Assembly: GCA_031459875.1 (NCBI GenBank)
Contig: JAVKHQ010000012.1
Span: 1 to 64,000, forward strand
DNA from: Candidatus Fervidifonticultor sextus
GTDB taxonomy: Bacteria; Sysuimicrobiota; Sysuimicrobiia; Sysuimicrobiales; Humicultoraceae
Reading direction: 5' to 3'
Length of the DNA stretch: 64,000 nt
In this document: piece after piece, positions 47,201 to 54,266 of the stretch
Position numbering within the stretch: position 1 is the first letter of the stretch
Layout: each line of letters starts with the position of its first letter
Made by a program: the position numbers and the translations under genes
The notes under the pieces: generated by a model
What the model saw: the letters and a program-made list of their open reading frames with translations, nothing else
The model's database searches: none
Told to the model about the DNA's origin: nothing

Positions 47201-47373
47201 TCGATGTCATGGTCGACGGCCGCCGCATCCGGGGCGATCCGCGGCGCCGAACCGGCATCCACGCCAACGCGGCCTTCCGGACCGACCCCCAGTTCCCCAA
47301 CACCTGTCTGACCGACATGGTCGGCGCGAGCGCCGTCTTCTACGACACGAAGGTCAAGGTGGTCCCGGCATGA
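44221..47373 (+). CDS. Mo/W-bis-PGD oxidoreductase catalytic subunit, TtrA/SrdA-like
   Basis: Tat TRRRLL; CLQCNTGC..CPKG; GHTTVCQG; ADYIFPD..YLERW; GYGHW. Confidence 0.9.
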   Translation: MARKMPAHTTRRRLLASAALLGGAAAYGQIAKVLSTPALAEAAEAGAPYPYGKPENTLYTVCLQCNTGCGIKVYLERGVAVKIEGNPLSPWTMAPHLPYRTPVADLAAVNGAICPKGQAGLQTVYDPYRIRTVLKRAGPRGSNKWKSIPFEQAISEIVNGGRLFAEIPGEEHRVVEGFKDVYALRDPALARAMATDVALVKSKRMTVEQFKAKYRAHLHVLIDPDHPDLGPKNNQFVYWKGREKGGRGDFVTRFAGDAFGTVNRHGHTTVCQGSLYFTGKAMSDQYVGGTWTGGRKFYWQADTEHAEFIIFVGANPLEANYGPPLRAGKLTGGIVSGRLKIAVVDPRFSRSASKAWKWIPNKPGTEAAVAMAMIRWIVEHQRFDARYLANANRAAAAADGEPTWSNASWLVKIEDHQPGKFLRAAEIGLSDRDLFVVLKDGTPVAVDPYDTRTPVEGDLLVDTVVGGFRVKSALQVLYDEARKRSIAGWAALAGVSADDLIEVAREFTSHGKRAAVDLHRGCSQHTNGFYNCFTWYALNTLIGNYDWKGGSAWASAYDQAGGRPGAPFNVRAMHPGRTTAFGTPLIRNEEKYEDSTLFSGYPARRQWYPMASDIYQELLPSAAEGYPYPIKILLLYMGSPAYALPAGHTNIELLADPTKIPLVIACDILIGTTSMYADYIFPDLTYLERWEFHGTHPSVLPKVQPIYSPVIAPLTTSVRVYGEEVPASFEALMLAIAERLGLPGFGPDGFGPGQPLTRPDDFYIRLVANVAFGDRAGDEVPDASPEEERLFLAARAHLPKSVFDPERWRAILGERWWKKLVFVLNRGGRFADYDSAFDGERLRGHYGNLVNLYLEKLATTKHALTGRSFSGAPGYHPVADSLGRPIRDEAAGYDLHLITNRIILHTKSRTITNYWLTGILPENDIVMHPRDARARNLKDGDRVRIVSATNPRGEWDLKNGQRIPMVGRLKVSEGIRPGVIAFPLGYGHWATGAVDVMVDGRRIRGDPRRRTGIHANAAFRTDPQFPNTCLTDMVGASAVFYDTKVKVVPA

Positions 47374-47450
47374 CAGGCAGGTAACCCGGGGGTCGGTGCG
47401 GTAGACATTACACATATTAAGGACCAGTTCGCACCTCCCAGGACAGCAGC

Positions 47451-47897
47451 GTGGCGAGACCGCCCCTGCGGGTCACCCGACGATCACTGGCCGACTACCT
47501 AATTGGCACCGGCCTGGCGGGCCTGGCCGGAACGATCCTCTACCCGCTCGTCCGCTACCTGATCCCGCCCAAGGTCAGGGAGGTCTCGGCAGGTAGCATC
47601 GTGGCCGCCAAGGTCGCCGAGGTCGCGCCCAATTCCGGCAAGGTGTTCCTGTTCGGGGGCAAGCCCGCCATCCTGGTGCGGACGCCGGAGGGGACCTTCA
47701 AGGCCTTCAGCGCCGTCTGCACGCACCTGGCCTGCACGGTCCAGTACCGGCCGGAGATCGGGCACATCTGGTGCGCCTGCCACGACGGCCACTACGACCT
47801 CAACGGGCAGGTGCTGGCCGGACCGCCGCCGCGTCCGCTGCCCGAGTTCAGCGTGACGGTCAGGGGGGATGACGTGATCGTGACCCGGCCGGCGTGA
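47451..47897 (+). CDS. Rieske protein of Rieske/cyt b complex 2
   Basis: TRR Tat motif; CTHLAC...CACHDGHY; GPPPRPL. Confidence 0.93.
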   Translation: MARPPLRVTRRSLADYLIGTGLAGLAGTILYPLVRYLIPPKVREVSAGSIVAAKVAEVAPNSGKVFLFGGKPAILVRTPEGTFKAFSAVCTHLACTVQYRPEIGHIWCACHDGHYDLNGQVLAGPPPRPLPEFSVTVRGDDVIVTRPA

Positions 47898-48955
47898 GGC
47901 CCATGGGATTGGGCGCCTGGCTCGAAGACCGCCTCCGCTGGCGCGCCGCCGACCAGTTCCTCCGCCACAAGCGCGTGCCCCTGGTCCGGCACGGATACGT
48001 CTACTACTTCGGCGGGATTACCCTCTTCCTGTTCCTCATCCAGGTCGTCACCGGCCTCCTGCTGTTGATGTACTACCGGCCCACGGCAGACGCCGCCTAC
48101 GAGAGCGTCCGCTTCATCATGGCCAGGGTCCAGTTCGGGTGGCTGGTGCGCTCGGTCCATTCCTGGGCGGCCAACCTCATGGTGTTCTGGGTCTTCGCCC
48201 ACCTGTTCGGAGCCTTTTTCCTGCGGGCGTATCGCCGTCCCCGGGAACTCACCTGGATCTCGGGCGGCCTGTTGCTGTTCGTCACGCTGGCCTTCGGGTT
48301 CACCGGCTACCTGCTGCCCTGGAACATGCTGGCCTACTTCGCCACCAAGGTCGGGACCGAGATCGTCGGGGCCGTGCCCCTGGTCGGCGGCCCGCTGCTG
48401 GTGCTGCTGCGCGGCGGCGAGGACGTTACCGAGGCGACGCTCAGCCGCTTCTTCGGCATCCACGTGGCCATCCTGCCGGCGCTGACCACGCTGCTGCTCG
48501 GCCTCCACCTGTTCCTGGTGCAGTTGCACGGGATGAGCCACCCCGGGGCCCGGCCGCCGGGCCGCGCGCTGCCGTTCATCCCGCACGTCGTCCTGCGGGA
48601 GGCAATGATCTGGCTGGGGATGACGGCCCTCCTGGCCGTGCTGGCGGTGCTGCTCCCCTGGCCGGCGGGCGAGAAGGCCGATCCGCTGGCGCCGGCGCCC
48701 GCCGGCATCAAGCCCGAGTGGTACTTCGTGTTCATGTTCCAGACGCTCAAGCTGATCCCGTCCCACGTGCTGGGGCTGGAAGGTGAGCAGGCGGGCATCG
48801 TGGCCTTCGTGCTGGGCGCGGCGGTGCTGCTGGCCGTGCCGTTCCTCGATCGCGGAGAGGAGCCCACCCGGGCGACGCGGATCGTGCGGGCGGCGGGCGT
48901 GGCGGCCGTGCTCTACATCGTCGGGATGACCGCATACGGCTACCTGGCACCGTAG
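47894..48955 (+). CDS. Cytochrome b (canonical, 4 His, PEWY)
   Basis: RSVH..AH, GIH..LH, KPEWYF. Confidence 0.94.
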   Translation: MRPMGLGAWLEDRLRWRAADQFLRHKRVPLVRHGYVYYFGGITLFLFLIQVVTGLLLLMYYRPTADAAYESVRFIMARVQFGWLVRSVHSWAANLMVFWVFAHLFGAFFLRAYRRPRELTWISGGLLLFVTLAFGFTGYLLPWNMLAYFATKVGTEIVGAVPLVGGPLLVLLRGGEDVTEATLSRFFGIHVAILPALTTLLLGLHLFLVQLHGMSHPGARPPGRALPFIPHVVLREAMIWLGMTALLAVLAVLLPWPAGEKADPLAPAPAGIKPEWYFVFMFQTLKLIPSHVLGLEGEQAGIVAFVLGAAVLLAVPFLDRGEEPTRATRIVRAAGVAAVLYIVGMTAYGYLAP

Positions 48956-48962
48956 GTGACCG

Positions 48963-50252
48963 ATGGTCGGTCGGGTGCGGTGGGCAGTCCTGATCGGCGC
49001 GGCGGCGTGGCTGTGGCTGGCACCGCCCGGGCGCACCGCCGCGGCACCGGCTCCCCCGCCGCCGCCAGCCGCCCCTGCCGACAGTTGCACCGGCTGCCAC
49101 CGCACCCTCGGAGGCCGCCTGGCTGCCCCGACGCAGGCCATCGCCGATGACATCCACGTGCGGCGGGGCTTCTCGTGTGCCGCCTGCCACGGAGGCGATC
49201 CGCAGGCGCCGGGCATGGAGGCCATGGATCCCAGGAAGGGCTTCGTGGGCAAGCCCGGGCGCCAGCGGCTCCCGGCGCTGTGCGGGCGCTGCCATGCCGA
49301 TCCGGCCTTCATGCGCCGGTACAATCCCGCCACCCCCACCGACGAGGTCGCCCGCTTCCTCACCAGCGTCCACGGCCAGAGGCTGGTGAAGGGCGACGTG
49401 AAGGTCGCCACCTGTACGAGCTGTCACGGCGTGCATCCCATCCTGGCCGTCGCCGACAGCCGATCCCCGGTCTTCCCGTCCAATGTGCCCGGCACGTGCG
49501 CGCGCTGCCACGCCGACGCGCGGTACATGCAGCCCTACGGGATTCCCATCACGCAGTATGCGGAGTATCAGGCCAGCGTGCACGGCGAGGCGCTGCTGCA
49601 GCGCGGGAGCAAACAGGCGCCGGCCTGCAACGACTGCCACGGCAATCACGGCGCGGTGCCACCCGGGGTCGAGTCGGTGGCCAACGTGTGCGCCCAGTGC
49701 CACGCCTCCCAGCGCGACCTGTTCGTCCGCAGCCCGCACCGGGTGCCCTTCGAGGGTATGGGACTGGCTCAGTGCACGGCCTGCCACGGTACCCACAAGA
49801 TCCTCCGGCCCACCGACGAGATGGTCGGGGCCGCCCCTCCGGCAGTGTGCGCCCAGTGTCACGCCCCCGGCAGCAAGGGCGCCGCCGCCGCCACCGCCAT
49901 CCGGTCGGCGCTGGAGGACCTGAAGCAGGCCCTGCAGGCCGCCACCCAGGTGGTGGCCCTCGCCGAGCACGCGGGCATGGACATGACCGACGCCAAACTC
50001 CCGCTCAATGACGCCCAGACGCAGCTCATCCTGGCGCGCAACCTGGTGCACAGCCTCTCCCTGCGCGAGGTGCAGTCGGCCGCCACCGAGGGCGTGGGGC
50101 TCGCGCGCCGCGCTGCCGACCTGGGCCTGGCCGCCCTGGATGAGATCGCGTTCCGGCGGCGGGGCCTCGTGGTGGCGCTCGTGGTGATCGCGGTGCTCGT
50201 GCTGGGGCTCTACCTCAAGAGCAGGACGCTGGGAGTCCCGGGCAATTCGTAG
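48963..50252 (+). CDS. Nonaheme cytochrome c with coiled-coil and C-terminal TM
   Basis: Signal peptide, 9 CxxCH. Confidence 0.92.
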   Translation: MVGRVRWAVLIGAAAWLWLAPPGRTAAAPAPPPPPAAPADSCTGCHRTLGGRLAAPTQAIADDIHVRRGFSCAACHGGDPQAPGMEAMDPRKGFVGKPGRQRLPALCGRCHADPAFMRRYNPATPTDEVARFLTSVHGQRLVKGDVKVATCTSCHGVHPILAVADSRSPVFPSNVPGTCARCHADARYMQPYGIPITQYAEYQASVHGEALLQRGSKQAPACNDCHGNHGAVPPGVESVANVCAQCHASQRDLFVRSPHRVPFEGMGLAQCTACHGTHKILRPTDEMVGAAPPAVCAQCHAPGSKGAAAATAIRSALEDLKQALQAATQVVALAEHAGMDMTDAKLPLNDAQTQLILARNLVHSLSLREVQSAATEGVGLARRAADLGLAALDEIAFRRRGLVVALVVIAVLVLGLYLKSRTLGVPGNS

Positions 50253-50323
50253 CGCGGCCCCCGCTGACAGCGTTCGGGCGCCTACCGCGGAGGCGGCCCG
50301 AAGACCGCCCGACCGCGCACCGT

Positions 50324-51463
50324 CTACTTCAGCGCGTCCAGCGTCGTGAGGATCACCTGGCGGACGAACCGGGGGTTGTGGACCCCGAAACTGCCGTCGC
50401 CCTCCACCAGCCAGTAGTTCCACCCCGCGCGCACGATCGGATCGCTGGTGGCAAACGTTGGCCGACCGGCGGCGTCCCGGAGTTCCCCGAGCTGGGTTGT
50501 GATCCTCCGCCCGGTGGACAGATGCAACACCACGCCCTGTTGGCCGGCGACCTCGGTCAACTCGATCCGGGCGATGGTGACCGGGTCAATCGTCACAGTT
50601 TCGGTAAACGCGTACACCTTGGCATCCCACGCCCGCGCCGCCCGGATCCGGTCCCGGCTGGCGAGAATCTTGCCCGTGATGACCTCCTCCAATTCATGGA
50701 TCAGCGTCTTGGTCGGGCCCTGGACGCGGGCCGTCGTCATCTCACGGCCGTGGCAGCGGCTGCAGACCATCGGGTCCGCCTTGAAGGTGTGGGGCTCCTT
50801 GCTCATGCGCACGTGGCACGTCACGCAGGAATCCCCGATGAACGACGCATGGGGCGAGATGAAGTTGTTGCCGTAGTCGAGGAAGTAGACGTTCTTGCCC
50901 ATGATGACGTCGCCCTGGGAGGATGTGTGGGGGGCGGTGTACCGGCGTGGATCCTCCTGGTTCCAGACGATGGCGCCGTTGCGCGAGTTGTGGCAGAGCA
51001 TGCACTGAGCGCCCAGGCCCACCCCGATGGCGCGGAAGCCGGCCGGGAGCAGCGGGGTGCTGCCCGCCTGACGGAGGGTGAAGTCGGCCTGGTGGCAGGT
51101 CGTGCAGGTGATGGGCCGCACGCTGAACCGGCTCAGCCCGATCCCGACCAGATAGGGCACGTCGGCGGCGGACCCATCGGGTTTGGCGATCAGGCCGGGG
51201 TTCCCCCGCTGCATCTGCGGCAGCCAGGCCAGGAAGCCCTGCTCGGCATGGCACCGGCCGCAGTGGGCGGCGACCGGCCCGCGGCGGCCGTCGGCCGTCG
51301 CTTCCAGGGTGGGGCGGAGGCGGTTCGCGTGCTTTGACTTCGCCCACTGGGCGCGCTGGTCGGCCTGGGCCCGGACCGCCGCCACGCCCACGCCGAAGAG
51401 GACAACAGCGGCAAGTGCGACCACCCAGAAGGAGGTAAGTGCACGGCCCCAGCGCACGAGCAT
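50324..51463 (-). CDS. Pentaheme cytochrome c
   Basis: 5 CxxCH; C-terminal DGSFGVHNP motif; start uncertain. Confidence 0.88.
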   Translation of the reverse strand: MLVRWGRALTSFWVVALAAVVLFGVGVAAVRAQADQRAQWAKSKHANRLRPTLEATADGRRGPVAAHCGRCHAEQGFLAWLPQMQRGNPGLIAKPDGSAADVPYLVGIGLSRFSVRPITCTTCHQADFTLRQAGSTPLLPAGFRAIGVGLGAQCMLCHNSRNGAIVWNQEDPRRYTAPHTSSQGDVIMGKNVYFLDYGNNFISPHASFIGDSCVTCHVRMSKEPHTFKADPMVCSRCHGREMTTARVQGPTKTLIHELEEVITGKILASRDRIRAARAWDAKVYAFTETVTIDPVTIARIELTEVAGQQGVVLHLSTGRRITTQLGELRDAAGRPTFATSDPIVRAGWNYWLVEGDGSFGVHNPRFVRQVILTTLDALK

Positions 51464-51641
51464 CACCCTCGGGTCCCGTCGCTCCCCTGTCGGCGGGCGA
51501 TTTTTGATGAGTATGTTTCGTGGAACCAGGGGCACTTCCTGCTGGCGCGCTCCCTGGTTACGCGTCGGCTCACGAGCACGTCGGCGGCCGACGGGCCAAG
51601 CGCCCGCGGCCGCCGTGGGGCGCGCCGTGCTGTGCGGCCCC

Positions 51642-52760
51642 CTACTTGCCCAGACTGTGGATCCCTCTGACGTTGGCCGCCGCCCAGGCCTTGGTCCGAT
51701 CTGAGTGACAGCGCAGGCAGACGAACTCCAGCGTGTTCGCGGGGCTGCCCACCGCGCGCCCGTCGGGCGTGAACAGGCTGGCGTCGGGGTCAGTGTTGAT
51801 CTTGAACAGGTGGCTGGGGTCGTCGGCCTCCCACCGGCTCCTCGCCACCGCGTTGGGCCCCGTGTTCGGCATGTGGCAGCTCGTGCACGCTAGGCGTGCG
51901 AGTTGATGCTTGCTGCCCCGGAAGGCCGCCGCGTTGCCGGTGTGGCAGTTCTCGCACGTGCCGGTGGCCTTGACCTGGCGGGCGCGTCGGTGCGGGTCGT
52001 GGCAGGTCACGCAGGAGAGCCCCGCCCGGTTGTGCGGGCTGGCGAGGAATTCCTGATACTGCTCCCGGTGTTGGACCCAACCGCCGGCTGCGGGGATCAC
52101 GCTCATGTCGGTGCCGCGCCGGTGGCACTGGCCGCACAGCGACGCGCTGCGCTCGAGGCGGATGTTGGCCTTCGACGGATTCGACGCGTGCACCTGACCC
52201 CGCCCGTGACACGCCTCGCACTGGACGCCGTTGAGCGCCCAGGTGCCGATCAGCCCTGGCCTGCGGAGCTGGTTGCCGATGGGCACATACCCGGTGGTGT
52301 GGCATTCCCCGCAGTCGTAGGGCAGCCTGCGGCCGGGTTCATAGTTGACCCACTGGGCGGTCTCGAGGTTGAACTGGTTGCGACCCGAAATCTTCCCGTC
52401 CGGACTGCCGGTCAGGATGAAGCCGTCCTGCCCCACGTAGCGGGCCTTCCAGCGGAAGCCGCCGATCACGAAGAGGACGTCGTCCCAGGAGACGTAGTCG
52501 GGCTTGGGTAATCCGGCCGCCCGTGCCTCGGCAGCGGTCCGCAGCTTGGCCGGGTGGCCCGTGGTGCGGAAGGTGTCGTAGATCGGCCGGTGGCAGGTGG
52601 CGCAGGTTTCGGAGCCCACGTACCCGGCCCCGAAGAATCCGGTCGGGCGGGGCGCCGCAGACGGCCCCCGCGGGCCTGCCACGAGCAGCACCCCGAAGGC
52701 GAGGGTGCCGAACACGAGGGCGGTCAGGATGCAGACCACGCATGAACCGACCCTCCCCAT
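51642..52760 (-). CDS. Octaheme cytochrome c
   Basis: 8 CxxCH starting YVGSETCATCH; N-terminal hydrophobic segment. Confidence 0.9.
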   Translation of the reverse strand: MGRVGSCVVCILTALVFGTLAFGVLLVAGPRGPSAAPRPTGFFGAGYVGSETCATCHRPIYDTFRTTGHPAKLRTAAEARAAGLPKPDYVSWDDVLFVIGGFRWKARYVGQDGFILTGSPDGKISGRNQFNLETAQWVNYEPGRRLPYDCGECHTTGYVPIGNQLRRPGLIGTWALNGVQCEACHGRGQVHASNPSKANIRLERSASLCGQCHRRGTDMSVIPAAGGWVQHREQYQEFLASPHNRAGLSCVTCHDPHRRARQVKATGTCENCHTGNAAAFRGSKHQLARLACTSCHMPNTGPNAVARSRWEADDPSHLFKINTDPDASLFTPDGRAVGSPANTLEFVCLRCHSDRTKAWAAANVRGIHSLGK

Positions 52761-52806
52761 CGAGTGGGTCTGGCCCCCTCACCCCCGGAGGCCGTGCGTC
52801 CGGCTT

Positions 52807-53178
52807 CTACTTCCTGGGCTTCGAGGCCGGATTGCCAGGGTGCGTTCCGGCTTTGATTTCGTCCAGGTTGCTGAACCCGTCCTTGTCGGAGTCGAGCTTC
52901 TCGATAGACTGCAGGATCTTGGCGTCCACGGCCTTGCCCGCCGCAGCCTTGCCCACGTCCGCCCCGTAGGGGTTGAGGTTCGTTTTCGCCGGCGGCATGG
53001 CCGTGTGGCACACGGTACACGGCATCGCCTTGGCCAGGTCGGTCCCGTCCTTGATGTAGGCCCCGTAGGTCTGCCTGAAGACCGCGGCGTCGGGCGCCTT
53101 GGCGGCAGCCCAGGTCACCGCGGCGACCACCGTGAGGGCGGCCAACCCCACCCAGACGGACCTGCGCAACTTCGGCAC
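52807..53178 (-). CDS. Small monoheme cytochrome c with acidic Ca-binding-type motif
   Basis: Signal peptide, CTVCH, LNPYG, DSDKDGFSNLDEI..GTHPG. Confidence 0.85.
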   Translation of the reverse strand: MPKLRRSVWVGLAALTVVAAVTWAAAKAPDAAVFRQTYGAYIKDGTDLAKAMPCTVCHTAMPPAKTNLNPYGADVGKAAAGKAVDAKILQSIEKLDSDKDGFSNLDEIKAGTHPGNPASKPRK

Positions 53179-53287
53179 GGAGATCCCTCCCTGCGTGTTC
53201 ACCGGTCGGCCTCGGGCGGCCACCAGGCATCCTCAACAGGATGCCCCAAGCATCCATGCTACCCGGCCTGGCGCGCTCTTGCGACAC

Positions 53288-53317
53288 AGTCTAGCCCCAG
53301 TCGTCCTCCGGTGACAA
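53288..53317 (-). promoter_or_regulatory. Putative sigma70 promoter for the minus-strand cytochrome genes
   Basis: TTGTCA-N18-TAGACT. Confidence 0.5.
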
Positions 53318-53495
53318 TACGGTCTGCCCCCGATGCAGCCCGCCCGGCTGAGAGCCGAGGGATCTGCCATCGCATGACGGCCGCCCGCCAGCGGCCGACC
53401 GCGTCAGGTGTCCGGCGGAAGCGCAGGAATCGAGCGGTCACCTGATATTCCCGCATCGAGGCAACCCGGATAATGCAGGCAGGAAGCGCCGTGCC

Positions 53496-54266
53496 ATGAA
53501 GGTGGCGATTTCCGGGAAGGGCGGCGTGGGCAAGACCACGGTCGCGGCCCTGCTGGCTGCCGAGCTGGTCCGCCGGGGGTACCGCGTCACCGCCGTCGAC
53601 GCCGATCCGAACCCTACCCTGGCGGCCGCCCTCGGCTTTCCGCCCGTGCCCGTGATTCCCCTGCTCGAGATGAAAGACGAGATCGAGCAGCGCGTCGGCG
53701 GTGCCGACGGCTTCATCCGGCTCAACCCCCAGGTGGACGACCTGGTCACCCGCGCGGCGGTGACCCACGGCGGGATCCAGCTGATCGTCGCCGGCGCCAT
53801 CACCCGCGGCGGCGGGGGGTGCGCGTGTCCCCAGAGCGTGCTGCTGCGCCGGCTCCTGGAGCACCTCGTGCTGGAGCGCGACGAGGCGGTGGTGATCGAC
53901 CTGGAGGCGGGCCTGGAGCACCTCGGCCGGCGCAGCGCACAGGCTTCCGATGCGCTCCTGGTCGTGGTGGATCCCAGCCGCGCGAGCCTGGAGACCGCCG
54001 GGCGCATCCGCCGCCTGGCGTCGGAGATCGGCATCACGCAGGTGCTGGCGGTCGCCAACCGGGTCAGGGGAGCCGGCGATGCGCTGTACGTCGCCGCCCA
54101 CCTCGACGGCCTCGACCTGATCGCCTCGATTCCCTACAGCGAAGGCCTCGCGGACGCCGAGCGGCAGGGCGGGGAGGCTGCCGGCGTCGATCCGGCGGTG
54201 GCGGAGGCGGTCAGGCGGCTGGCCGATGCACTGACAACGCGGACGAGAGGGAGGGTCAGGCCATGA
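53496..54266 (+). CDS. cooC: CODH nickel-insertion ATPase
   Basis: GKGGVGKT, GCAC, DLEAGLEHLGR. Confidence 0.92.
   Translation: MKVAISGKGGVGKTTVAALLAAELVRRGYRVTAVDADPNPTLAAALGFPPVPVIPLLEMKDEIEQRVGGADGFIRLNPQVDDLVTRAAVTHGGIQLIVAGAITRGGGGCACPQSVLLRRLLEHLVLERDEAVVIDLEAGLEHLGRRSAQASDALLVVVDPSRASLETAGRIRRLASEIGITQVLAVANRVRGAGDALYVAAHLDGLDLIASIPYSEGLADAERQGGEAAGVDPAVAEAVRRLADALTTRTRGRVRP

Noticed and set aside
44221..47373. Definite ttrA call or selenocysteine recoding
   Set aside because: Substrate cannot be assigned by eye, ttrC is absent, and there is no in-frame TGA
50324..51463. nrfA nitrite reductase
   Set aside because: No CxxCK motif and no recognisable NrfA active-site context; left as a generic pentaheme
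51514..51526. parS-like site TGTTTCGTGGAAC
   Set aside because: Lacks 2 central bases of the 16-bp parS palindrome
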